Notes under the pieces: generated by a model
The model's input: the letters and a program-made list of their open reading frames with translations, nothing else
Database searches by the model: none
Told to the model about the DNA's origin: nothing
From: an uncultured Acidobacterium sp.
Lineage (GTDB): Bacteria > Acidobacteriota > Vicinamibacteria > Vicinamibacterales > UBA2999
Reading direction: 5' to 3'
Assembly (NCBI GenBank): GCA_964350785.1
Contig: CAYGMD010000002.1
Coordinates: 215 to 64,214 of the forward strand
Length of the DNA stretch: 64,000 bases
In this document: one piece after another, positions 29,811 through 38,823 of the stretch
Layout: every line of letters begins with the position of its first letter
Numbering within the stretch: position 1 is the first letter of the stretch
Program-made: the position numbers and the translations under genes

Positions 29811-31808
29811 ATGTGTGGAATCGTTGGTAGTTTTAAGCCGGGCGGTGAAGCGTGCGGCGAGGCCGTGATCGGCGCCATGCGCGACCGCATGGCCCATCGC
29901 GGTCCTGACGGCGCTGGTTTCTGGCAGTCGCCGGCCCGGGACTGTGCGCTGGGCCATCGCCGGTTGTCGATCATCGACCTGTCGTCGGCCGCCAACCAGC
30001 CCATGCTGAACCGCGCCGGGACAGTGGCGGTGGCGTTCAACGGCGAGATTTACAACCACGCCGACGTGCGTCGTGAGCTGGAGGCACTGGGCAAGTACGA
30101 ATGGACGACCGACCATTCGGACACGGAGGTGCTGCTTCATGCCTACGAAGAGTGGGGCCTGGAGTGCACGAAGCGGTTCCACGGCATGTTCGCCGTAATC
30201 ATCTACGACGCTCGCGACGCCGGCCGGCCGGTCGTGCACCTGATTCGCGATCGCGTGGGCGTGAAACCGCTGTACTTCACCAAGACCAGGACCGGTGAGT
30301 GGTTGTTCGCTTCGGAGATCCGTGCCTTGCTGGGCCATCCCGATGTCTCCACCGAGATGGACCGGACGGCCTTCTGGCATTACCTCACCTTCATTGTCAC
30401 GCCGGCGCCGATGACCTTGTTCAAGGGCATCTTCAAGATGCCGGCCGGCCACACCATCTCCATCGACCACCACGGACAGGCGACGTCACGGCAGTGGTGG
30501 GATTGCCGCCCCGACGCGAGCAGCCTGTACTCCGAGAAGGACCTCAGCGAGCCCGAAGCCGTCGCTGAGTTGACGCGGCTGTTGAAGCAGGCCATTGCGC
30601 GCCGGATGGTGTCGGATGTGCCCTTCGGCGTGCTGTTGTCCGGCGGCGTGGACTCGTCTTTGAATGTGGCGCTGATGAGCGAGTTGATGACGCGTCCGGT
30701 AACGACGTTTACCATCGGCTACGAAGGCAAGGAAGACTACAACGAGTTCCAGTTCGCCCGGCGGGTCAGCGACCGCTACAAGACCGAGCATCACGAGACG
30801 TTGATCAGCGGGCAGGAAGCGCAGGACTTCCTGCCGCTGCTGGTTCGGCTGCAGGACGAACCGATTGCCGACAACGTCTGCATCCCGCTCTACTTCCTGT
30901 CGCGCCTGGTCCGGCAATCGGGCACCACGGTCGTGCAAGTAGGTGAGGGCGCGGACGAGAATTTCCTTGGCTACTGGTGGTGCGAGCACTACCGCCAGAA
31001 GTACGAGCAGGTTTACAAGCCGGCGCGGCGCACCAGCTTCTGGCAGCGGCTGCGGCAACGTGCCCACGCGGCCGCGCCTGGCGCCACGCAGGAAGACGTC
31101 GACATCGTCAACCGCGCCAAGGCCGGGCAGGAACTGTTCTGGGGCGGTGCGGCGTGCTGGTGGGGCGAGATGCGCAACCGGCTGACGCCGGATCCGGGCG
31201 CGTTCCGCGGCACCGTGGAATGCCCGGTGGCCGGCTTGATGCCGGCGTCGCATGAGGAGCTCGACAGCCACGCCGTCGTGCGGGAGTATCTCGGCAAGCT
31301 CGACGGCAAGCTCCTCGAGCCCGAGGTGCTGCAGAAGATCCCCTACATGGAGATGAAGCTGCGGCTCCCTGAGCACTTGTTGATGCGTGTCGACAAGCTC
31401 ACGATGGCACACTCGATCGAGGCTCGCGTGCCGTTCCTCGATCACGATGTCGTCGAGTTTGCGACGAAGCTGCCGCCCTCATACAAGCTGAAGAACGGCG
31501 TGGGCAAGGCGCTGCTCAAGAAGGCCGCCGAACCTTACCTGGATCACGATCTCGTGTATCGCAAGAAGCAGGGCTTCGGCGCGCCGATGGAGGAATGGTT
31601 CCAGGAAGGCGACTTTGGCCCGCGCTGCCTCGCCGCGTTCGAACGCTCGAAGTTGGCGCAAGAGGGCTTCTTTGACAACGCCTACTTCACCGACCTGCTC
31701 AAGGGGCAGATGGCGGGCCGCGGCGGCTACAGCTTCCAGCTCTGGACCGTGATCAATGCGGTGTTGTGGCACGCGTCGTGGATTGAAGGACGGGAGGACT
31801 GTCTCTGA
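29811..31808 (+). CDS. Asparagine synthase (glutamine-hydrolysing)-like amidotransferase, copy 2
   Basis: MCGIVGSF start and PP-loop LSGGVDSSL. 665 aa. A 38-nt gap lies upstream. Confidence 0.9.
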   Translation: MCGIVGSFKPGGEACGEAVIGAMRDRMAHRGPDGAGFWQSPARDCALGHRRLSIIDLSSAANQPMLNRAGTVAVAFNGEIYNHADVRRELEALGKYEWTTDHSDTEVLLHAYEEWGLECTKRFHGMFAVIIYDARDAGRPVVHLIRDRVGVKPLYFTKTRTGEWLFASEIRALLGHPDVSTEMDRTAFWHYLTFIVTPAPMTLFKGIFKMPAGHTISIDHHGQATSRQWWDCRPDASSLYSEKDLSEPEAVAELTRLLKQAIARRMVSDVPFGVLLSGGVDSSLNVALMSELMTRPVTTFTIGYEGKEDYNEFQFARRVSDRYKTEHHETLISGQEAQDFLPLLVRLQDEPIADNVCIPLYFLSRLVRQSGTTVVQVGEGADENFLGYWWCEHYRQKYEQVYKPARRTSFWQRLRQRAHAAAPGATQEDVDIVNRAKAGQELFWGGAACWWGEMRNRLTPDPGAFRGTVECPVAGLMPASHEELDSHAVVREYLGKLDGKLLEPEVLQKIPYMEMKLRLPEHLLMRVDKLTMAHSIEARVPFLDHDVVEFATKLPPSYKLKNGVGKALLKKAAEPYLDHDLVYRKKQGFGAPMEEWFQEGDFGPRCLAAFERSKLAQEGFFDNAYFTDLLKGQMAGRGGYSFQLWTVINAVLWHASWIEGREDCL

Positions 31809-32992
31809 TGACCGCGCCACGGATGACGGTGGAGTTCTATCGCCACAGCCTGGAGGAGGCCGACATTGCACGGCTGGTGGAGGTGTGTCGCGGGGTCTTC
31901 CTGACGACGGGCCAGGAGGTCAAGGCTTTCGAGGATGCGTTCGCCGCGTATCTCGGCGCGCGACACGCGGTGGGTGTTACGAGCTGCACGGCAGGCCTGC
32001 ACCTTGCCCTGCTGGCTGTGGGAATAGGGCCTGGCGACGAGGTGATTACGACGCCGATGACCTTCGCGGCGACCTCGAACACGGTGCTGCACACGGGCGC
32101 TACGCCGGTGTTTGTTGACGTGGAGCCGGATACCGGTCTGATCAGCGCCGAGGCCGTGGAGCGGGCAATCACGCCACGGACCCGGGCCATTGTGCCGGTG
32201 CATCTCTATGGGCAGATGGCCGACATGCGCCGTCTCCGGGAGATTGCCGACCGTGCGGGGGTTCGCGTGATCGAGGATTGCGCGCATGCCATCGAATCGG
32301 TGCGCGATGGCATTAAGCCAGGGCAGCTCGGCGATGCAGCCGCGTTTAGCTTCTACGCCACCAAGAACATCACGAGCGGCGAAGGCGGTGCGGTGGTGAC
32401 CAACGATGCGACGGTCAACACTCGGCTGCGCTTGTTGCGACAGCACGGAATGTCGGCCAGTGCGGCCGAACGCTACACCGGCACCTACCGGCACTACGAC
32501 ATAGAATTGCTCGGCTGGAAGTACAATATGGCGAATCTGCAAGCGGCCTTGCTGCTCGGACAGATGGAGCGCCTTGACACGATGTGGCGGCGCCGCGAGG
32601 ACATTTCGCAACAATACGAGCAAGGCCTACGCCACATCGAGGGCGTGTCGTTTCCCGTCATCTTGGCGGGGGCACGGTCGGCACGCCACCTGTTTACCAT
32701 CTGGGTGGCCCCGGCCCACCGCGACAGGATCCTTTTCGACCTTCAGGCGCGCGGGGTGGGCGTGGCTGTCAACTATCGTGCCGTGCACCTGCTCAAGTAT
32801 TACCAGGATACCTTCAGAATTCCCCGCGGTGCCTTCCCAGTGGCGGAGCGGATCGGTGATTCGACCATCACCCTGCCACTCTATCCGAAGCTGACCGAAG
32901 CGGAGGTCGACTACGTAGTCAAGAACGTCCGTGAATCGGCGGCGAACGCCGCAAGTTTGCCGCCTGTCTCCAATGGCCCGCGCACTACCTGA
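31808..32992 (+). CDS. DegT/DnrJ/EryC1/StrS-family PLP sugar aminotransferase
   Basis: FSFYATKNITSGEGGAVVTND (PLP lysine), GDEVITTPMTFAAT, LGWKYNMANLQAALLLGQ. TGATG 1-nt overlap with the upstream gene. Confidence 0.9.
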   Translation: MTAPRMTVEFYRHSLEEADIARLVEVCRGVFLTTGQEVKAFEDAFAAYLGARHAVGVTSCTAGLHLALLAVGIGPGDEVITTPMTFAATSNTVLHTGATPVFVDVEPDTGLISAEAVERAITPRTRAIVPVHLYGQMADMRRLREIADRAGVRVIEDCAHAIESVRDGIKPGQLGDAAAFSFYATKNITSGEGGAVVTNDATVNTRLRLLRQHGMSASAAERYTGTYRHYDIELLGWKYNMANLQAALLLGQMERLDTMWRRREDISQQYEQGLRHIEGVSFPVILAGARSARHLFTIWVAPAHRDRILFDLQARGVGVAVNYRAVHLLKYYQDTFRIPRGAFPVAERIGDSTITLPLYPKLTEAEVDYVVKNVRESAANAASLPPVSNGPRTT

Positions 32993-33395
32993 CGAGGTCG
33001 CCTCGCTGATTCGCGACGAACAGGCCCGCCAGGCGGGCCGTTTCATCGCTCACCCCGATCTCGCGGCGTACCTCGCCAAGCTCGCGGAACGCGCCGAGCT
33101 GCTGATTGACTCGGCGGAAGGACGATGCCGAGGGCTGGTGGCCTACTACTGCAACGACCTCGAGACGCGGCAGGCGTTCATCACGCTTGTCGTCGTCGAT
33201 CCGCGCGACCGCAGTACCGGCCTCGGCAAAGCCCTGGTCGGATGTGTGCTGGCGATTGCCAGGCAACGCGGGTTCACCTCGTGCCGTCTCGAAGTCGCCA
33301 AGGACAATCAGGCGGCCTACGAGCTCTATTCGAGGCAGGGCTTTCGCGTGGTCGAAGACCGCCCGCACAACCATCTCCTGGAGATCGCGCTCTGA
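32973..33395 (+). CDS. GNAT-family N-acetyltransferase
   Basis: VVVDPRDRSTGLGKALV (acetyl-CoA-binding R/Q-x-x-G-x-G/A motif) and YELYSRQGFRVV. Internal ATG of ORF 32931..33395. Confidence 0.75.
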   Translation: MARALPDEVASLIRDEQARQAGRFIAHPDLAAYLAKLAERAELLIDSAEGRCRGLVAYYCNDLETRQAFITLVVVDPRDRSTGLGKALVGCVLAIARQRGFTSCRLEVAKDNQAAYELYSRQGFRVVEDRPHNHLLEIAL

Positions 33396-34357
33396 TGTTC
33401 ACGTGGCGCAAGCATGGCCTGGTGTTCGACCCGGCCACGATGACCGATGTCGAGTGGATGAACGAGTTCGCGCAGGCTCCAGCTACGCTGATCTTCGACG
33501 ACTTCGTCCGCGTCTATTTCTCCTGCCGGCCCAAGGGCGACGCCAACGGCCAGTACGTGAGCCGCGGCGCATTCGTCGATCTCGCTCGCCGCAACTTGAC
33601 CGAGCGCCTCGCCGTGTCGGCCCGGCCGATCATGGCGCTCGGCGGGCTGGGCACGTTCGATGAGTTCGGCACCTATCCGACCTCGGTGATTCGCGACGGT
33701 GACCTGGTCCGCGCCTATTACGGTGGCTGGACGCGCTGCGCCTCGGTGCCCTTCGACGTGGCGATCGGCTATGCCATTAGCCGCGACGGGGGAGTGACCT
33801 TCGAGAAGCAAGGCCGCGGGCCGGTGTTGGCGGCGGGCCTCGACGAGCCGTTCGTGATCAGCGGCCCAAAGATTCGCCGTTTTGGTAACCGCTGGTATCT
33901 CTGGTACATTGCGGGCACGAAGTGGCTTCCGAATGCCGGCCGCGCCGAGCCGGTCTACCGCATCCGCATGGCGGTTTCGGATGACGGCGTGACGTGGGAA
34001 CGGGCCGGACGAGAGATCATTCCGCCCCGGATCGAGGCCGACGAATGCCAGGCCAGCCCAGACGTGATGTTCGCCAACGGCAAGTACCACATGTTCTTCT
34101 GCTATCGCTACAGTCTCGGTTACCGCGGGCGGGAGAAGGGCTATCGCATCGGCTATGCGAGTTCGCCGGACCTGGTCACCTGGACCCGCGATGACGCGAA
34201 AGCCGGCCTCGACGTGTCGGCCGACGGGTGGGACTCGGAAATGATCAGTTACCCCCATGTCTTCGAACTCGACGGCAAGACCTACATGTTCTACCTGGGC
34301 AACGGCGTCGGCCGCCACGGCTTTGGTCTCGCCGAACTGGACGGCGTGCTGGCGTGA
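33395..34357 (+). CDS. Beta-propeller glycosidase-fold protein (GH32/43/62/68-superfamily-like), paralogue A
   Basis: 320 aa. Repeated W/Y-rich blade motifs: YYGGWTR, WYLWYIAGTKW, VSDDGVTWER, YHMFFCYR, SSPDLVTWTRDD, YMFYLGNGVGRHGFGLA. Family assignment is tentative. Confidence 0.5.
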   Translation: MFTWRKHGLVFDPATMTDVEWMNEFAQAPATLIFDDFVRVYFSCRPKGDANGQYVSRGAFVDLARRNLTERLAVSARPIMALGGLGTFDEFGTYPTSVIRDGDLVRAYYGGWTRCASVPFDVAIGYAISRDGGVTFEKQGRGPVLAAGLDEPFVISGPKIRRFGNRWYLWYIAGTKWLPNAGRAEPVYRIRMAVSDDGVTWERAGREIIPPRIEADECQASPDVMFANGKYHMFFCYRYSLGYRGREKGYRIGYASSPDLVTWTRDDAKAGLDVSADGWDSEMISYPHVFELDGKTYMFYLGNGVGRHGFGLAELDGVLA

Positions 34358-35307
34358 AGTGGACCAAGCGCGGGCTGCTCTTCCGGCCGCAGCAACACGC
34401 TCTACCCAACGGCTGCACTGACTTCGCGCAGTCGCCCCAGGCGCTGGTATTCGACGGCTTCGTCCGCATCTTTTTCTCGACCCGGGGCCGCGATGCCGGT
34501 GGCCAGTACGTCAGCCACATCGCGTTTGTGGACGTCGACACGGCGGTGTCTCGGGTGCTGCGGACGTCGACGGCCCCCGTGATCCCGCAGGGCGGCCTGG
34601 GCGCCTTCGACGAACACGGCATCTTTCCCATCAACGTGGTGCGGCACGGCCCCCAGGTCTACGCTTTCACATGCGGTTGGAGCCGCCGCATCTCGGTGCC
34701 GGTCGAGACCGCCATCGGACTGGCAGTCAGCCATGATGACGGCCTGACGTTCGAACGTGTCGGGCCTGGGCCGGTAATGGGACCCACGCCGCAGGAGCCA
34801 TTCCTCGTCGGCGATCCGTTTGTGATCGTCCGCGAAGGCGTCTGGCACATGTGGTACATCTACGGGACCAACTGGGTCGAGAGCCCGTCCGACCCCGGTC
34901 CGGCGCGCGTCTACAAGATCGCGTATGCCCGGTCGGCGGACGGCCGGTCGTGGCAACGCGACGCGCGCCTGATCGTCGCCGACGTGCTCGGGGCAGACGA
35001 GTGCCAGGCCTTGCCGACCGTGATCGAGATCGACGGCCGCTGGCACATGTACTTCTGTTACCGCCAGGCCACCGACTTCCGGGCCAACAAGGCGCGCGGC
35101 TATCGCCTCGGCTACGCCTACTCCGACGACCTGCAGCGCTGGACCCGCGACGACGCCCAGGGCGGAATTGACGTGTCGGATGAGGGCTGGGACGCCGAGA
35201 TGCTCTGCTATCCTCATGTATTCTGGAGTGATGGGCGGGCCTACCTGCTGTACAACGGCAATGCCTTTGGCCGCGACGGGTTTGGCGTGGCCGTGCTGGA
35301 GCAATAG
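34354..35307 (+). CDS. Beta-propeller glycosidase-fold protein, paralogue B (tandem duplicate)
   Basis: 317 aa and colinear with 33395..34357: TCGWSR, WHMWYIYGTNW, RSADGRSWQR, WHMYFCYR, YSDDLQRWTRDD, YLLYNGNAFGRDGFGVA. GTGA overlap with the upstream gene. Confidence 0.5.
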   Translation: MKWTKRGLLFRPQQHALPNGCTDFAQSPQALVFDGFVRIFFSTRGRDAGGQYVSHIAFVDVDTAVSRVLRTSTAPVIPQGGLGAFDEHGIFPINVVRHGPQVYAFTCGWSRRISVPVETAIGLAVSHDDGLTFERVGPGPVMGPTPQEPFLVGDPFVIVREGVWHMWYIYGTNWVESPSDPGPARVYKIAYARSADGRSWQRDARLIVADVLGADECQALPTVIEIDGRWHMYFCYRQATDFRANKARGYRLGYAYSDDLQRWTRDDAQGGIDVSDEGWDAEMLCYPHVFWSDGRAYLLYNGNAFGRDGFGVAVLEQ

Positions 35308-36054
35308 ATGAGTGTGGGCAGGGATCTTGATCGGGAGTCGCAGGACGCGCTGGGGCACAAGTACGCCTACACGTTCGATTTCGACGTCATGCACCCCTTC
35401 ATGCTGCGCTCGTTCCAGCCGTTCTTCCGGCCGGGCAGCGTGCTCGAACTCGGCAGCTTCCGCGGCGACTTCACCAGGCGCCTGGTGCCGCACTTTGCCG
35501 ACATCACCTGCGTCGAGGGCTCAGGCGAGGCGGTCGCCGCGGCCCGTCAGGCGCTTGGCGACAAGGTCGCGGTCGTGCAGGGCACCTTTGAGACGGTGTC
35601 GCTGGGGCGGCGGTTCGACAACGTCATCCTGACGCACGTGCTGGAACATCTGGACGACCCGGTTGGCGTGATGACACGGGTCAACCGCGAGTGGCTGGCG
35701 CCAGGTGGCCGCTTCTTCCTGGTGTGTCCGAATGCCAATGCGGCGTCCCGCCAGATTGCCGTGCGGATGGGGCTGATCACCCACCACGCCGCCGTCACGC
35801 CGGCCGAAGCCGCGCATGGCCACCGCATCACCTACTCGCTCGATACGCTCGAGCGCGACGCCAGGGCGGCAGGTCTGACCGTGGTGCATCGCTCAGGCAT
35901 TTTCTTCAAGGCGCTCGCGAATTTCCAGTGGGATCGGCTGCTGGCCACCGACATCATCTCGCCCGAGTATCTGGAGGGCTGCTACCAGCTCGGTCACGTC
36001 TACCCGGATCTATGCTCGAGCATCTTCCTGATGTGCGAAGCGGGCGACAAGTAG
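35308..36054 (+). CDS. Class I SAM-dependent methyltransferase
   Basis: VLELGSFRGDFT, FDNVILTHVLEHLDDP, GGRFFLVCPN. Confidence 0.75.
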   Translation: MSVGRDLDRESQDALGHKYAYTFDFDVMHPFMLRSFQPFFRPGSVLELGSFRGDFTRRLVPHFADITCVEGSGEAVAAARQALGDKVAVVQGTFETVSLGRRFDNVILTHVLEHLDDPVGVMTRVNREWLAPGGRFFLVCPNANAASRQIAVRMGLITHHAAVTPAEAAHGHRITYSLDTLERDARAAGLTVVHRSGIFFKALANFQWDRLLATDIISPEYLEGCYQLGHVYPDLCSSIFLMCEAGDK

Positions 36055-36067
36055 GCTGGATGCGCGC

Positions 36068-36763
36068 GTGACACTCGGCATCATGCAGCCGTACTTTCTC
36101 CCGTACATCGGCTACTGGCAGTTGCTGGCGGCCGTCGATCGGTTCGTGGTCTACGACAACATTCAGTACACGAAGAAGGGCTGGATCAACCGCAACCGCT
36201 TCCTCCGCAGCGGCGCGGACGCGCCTTTCACCTTGCCGCTCAAAAAAGGGTCGGATTTCATGGATATCAGGGAGCGCTCGCTGGCGGACGACTTCAACCC
36301 GGCGACGTTGTTGAACCCATTCCGCCAGGCATACCGCAAGGCGCCGTTCTTTGACGCGGTCTTTCCGACGATCGAGTCGATCGTGACCGCGGCCCAGCGC
36401 AACCTGTTCGAGTACCTGCTTAACAGCCTGGTGGTCACCGCTGGCTATCTCGACATCAAGACACCCATTATCGTGTCGTCCACGGTGCCGATCGACCACG
36501 GCCTGAAGGCCGGCGAGAAGGTGCTTGCGCTGTGCGGTGCCCTCGGCGCCAACCGCTACCTCAACACCGTTGGCGGCCGGGCCCTGTATGCGGCCGACAC
36601 CTTCGCCGCGGCCGGTGTCGAACTCAAGTTCATCCAGGCCCGTCCCGTCACCTATGCGCAGTTCGGCCAGCCGTTTGTGCCCGCGCTGTCGATCCTGGAT
36701 GTCATGATGTTCAATTCTCCAGACGCCGTCAGGCGCATGCTCGGGGAGTACGACCTGCTGTGA
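36068..36763 (+). CDS. WbqC-like family protein, copy 1
   Basis: LGIMQPYFLPYIGYWQLLAAVDRFVVYDNIQYTKKGWINRNR is the typical WbqC-family N-terminus. Confidence 0.75.
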   Translation: MTLGIMQPYFLPYIGYWQLLAAVDRFVVYDNIQYTKKGWINRNRFLRSGADAPFTLPLKKGSDFMDIRERSLADDFNPATLLNPFRQAYRKAPFFDAVFPTIESIVTAAQRNLFEYLLNSLVVTAGYLDIKTPIIVSSTVPIDHGLKAGEKVLALCGALGANRYLNTVGGRALYAADTFAAAGVELKFIQARPVTYAQFGQPFVPALSILDVMMFNSPDAVRRMLGEYDLL

Positions 36764-37896
36764 CGATCAAGCCGTTCGCCGAACCTATTTATGTGACCCG
36801 GCCGCTTTTGCCGCCGCTCGAGGCTGTGCACGCGCGCTTGGCGGAGATCTGGGAGGCCCGCTGGCTGACCAACGACGGCCCGCAACACGTACGGCTCACC
36901 CGGGCGATCGCCGACTACCTCGCGGTGCCCCAGGTGTCGCTGTTCAACAACGGCACGATCGCCCTGCTCGCCGCCGTGCGCGCGCTCGGCATGCGCGGTG
37001 AGGTCATCACCACGCCATTCACGTTCCCCGCCACTCCTCACGCCATCAGTTGGAGCGGGGCGACCCCGGTGTTCTGCGACATCGATCCCGAGACGATGAC
37101 GATCGATCCAGCGAAGATCGAGGAGTTGATCACCCCGCGGACGACAGGCATCCTCGCGGTCCACGTGTACGGCATCCCGTGCGACGTCGGCGCCCTGCAG
37201 GCCATTGCCAACCGCCGCGGCCTGCGAGTGGTCTACGATGCGGCGCACGCCTTTGGCACGAAGATCAACGGCGTCGGCATCGGCAACTTCGGCGATGCGT
37301 CCATGTTCAGCTTTCACGCCACCAAGCTGTTTCACTCCGCGGAGGGCGGGGCCCTGACCACGCCCAAGGCCGACTACAAGGCGGCCTTCGACCACCTCAA
37401 GAACTTTGGCATCCTGAACCAGGAAGCGGTTGACGTGGTAGGAATCAACGGCAAGATGAATGAGTTGCAGGCGGCGCTGGGCCTCGCCGTGCTCGACTGC
37501 GTGGCCGACGAGGTCAGGCGCCGCCAGGCCATCATCGCCCGCTACCGGGAACGGCTGGGCGGCGTCGGCGGCCTGACCCTGATGCCCGAGCCGGCCGGTG
37601 TCGAGAGCAGCTGCCAGTATTTCGTGGTCCGGATCGACCGCGCTCAATTCGGGGCCTCGCGCGATCAGGTCTTCGAGACGCTGAAGGAATTCAACGTGCT
37701 GGCCCGGAAATATTTCTTTCCCCTGTGCACGGACTACGCGTGCTACAGCGACCTGCCCTCCGCGCGTCCCGGGCGCCTGCCGGTGGCTCACGCCATCGTC
37801 GACCAGGTGCTGTGTCTGCCGTTGTACGGCACGCTGCCGCTCGATGCCGTCGACACGATCTGCGATATCGTGCAAGGCGTTCAGACCACGGCATGA
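36760..37896 (+). CDS. DegT/DnrJ/EryC1/StrS-family PLP sugar aminotransferase, copy 2
   Basis: GTG start overlapping the upstream TGA. GEVITTPFTFPAT and FSFHATKLFHSAEGG (PLP lysine). Confidence 0.9.
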   Translation: MTIKPFAEPIYVTRPLLPPLEAVHARLAEIWEARWLTNDGPQHVRLTRAIADYLAVPQVSLFNNGTIALLAAVRALGMRGEVITTPFTFPATPHAISWSGATPVFCDIDPETMTIDPAKIEELITPRTTGILAVHVYGIPCDVGALQAIANRRGLRVVYDAAHAFGTKINGVGIGNFGDASMFSFHATKLFHSAEGGALTTPKADYKAAFDHLKNFGILNQEAVDVVGINGKMNELQAALGLAVLDCVADEVRRRQAIIARYRERLGGVGGLTLMPEPAGVESSCQYFVVRIDRAQFGASRDQVFETLKEFNVLARKYFFPLCTDYACYSDLPSARPGRLPVAHAIVDQVLCLPLYGTLPLDAVDTICDIVQGVQTTA

Positions 37897-38822
37897 CCGC
37901 CACCAAGATCATCTCGTTCGTGATTCCCGTCTATCGCAACGAACGGGCGATCAGCCTGACCTACCAGAAGATCAAGGGGGCTCTCGCGAGCGACCTGTCC
38001 GCCTACGACTACGAGTTCGTGTTCGTGGACGATGGCTCGGATGACGGTTCGCTGCCGGAGTTGTTGCGGTTGCGCGAGGCGGACCCGAAAGTGCGGATCA
38101 TTTCGTTCACGCGAAACTTCGGCCAGATGGCGGCGATCCTGGCCGGGCTCAAGGGCGCTACCGGCGACGTGATTCTGCACTTGTCGGCCGACCTGCAGGA
38201 TCCGGTCGAGCTGATCCCGCGGATGGTGCGCGACTACGAGGCGGGCTCCGAGCTGGTGATCGGCCACCGCGCCGAGCGCGAGGATCAGTGGACCTCCCGC
38301 ATCACCTCGCGCGTGTTTTATCGCATCATCCGCATGTCGTTTCCGCAGATGCCCGCCGGCGGGTTCGACTACGTGCTGATGGCGCGGCGCGTGGTGGACT
38401 CCTTCAACAGCATCGAAGTGCGTAACCGTTTCTTTCAGGGCGACCTGCTCTGGATGGGCTACAAGACGACCTTTATCCCGTATACGCGGGCGAAGCGGAC
38501 CATCGGCCGTTCGCAGTACACGTTCGCCAAGCGCCTCAAGAATTCACTCGATGCCATCCTGGACTCGTCGTACTTGCCGATTCGCTTCATCAGTGTCGCC
38601 GGTGCGGTGACGGCCATGGCAGGGTTCCTGTACGCCGTAAACATTGCTTATACCTATTTCCGACACGGCACGCCCTTCACCGGCTGGGCACCGATCATGA
38701 TCCTGCTGCTTGGCATTGGCGGCGTCCTGATGCTTATGCTTGGCATCATCGGCGAGTACGTCTGGCGCATCTATGATGAGGTCAAGAAGAAGCCGAACTA
38801 TGTGATTCGGGAGAAGTATTAA
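37893..38822 (+). CDS. GT2 polyprenyl-phosphate sugar synthase-like glycosyltransferase (GtrB/ArnC/DPM1 type)
   Basis: ISFVIPVYRNE, FVDDGSDDGS, SADLQDP (DxD-like). Two C-terminal TM helices end in IIGEYVWRIYDEVKKKPNYVI, which is characteristic of this subgroup. Confidence 0.85.
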   Translation: MTATKIISFVIPVYRNERAISLTYQKIKGALASDLSAYDYEFVFVDDGSDDGSLPELLRLREADPKVRIISFTRNFGQMAAILAGLKGATGDVILHLSADLQDPVELIPRMVRDYEAGSELVIGHRAEREDQWTSRITSRVFYRIIRMSFPQMPAGGFDYVLMARRVVDSFNSIEVRNRFFQGDLLWMGYKTTFIPYTRAKRTIGRSQYTFAKRLKNSLDAILDSSYLPIRFISVAGAVTAMAGFLYAVNIAYTYFRHGTPFTGWAPIMILLLGIGGVLMLMLGIIGEYVWRIYDEVKKKPNYVIREKY

Positions 38823-38823
38823 C

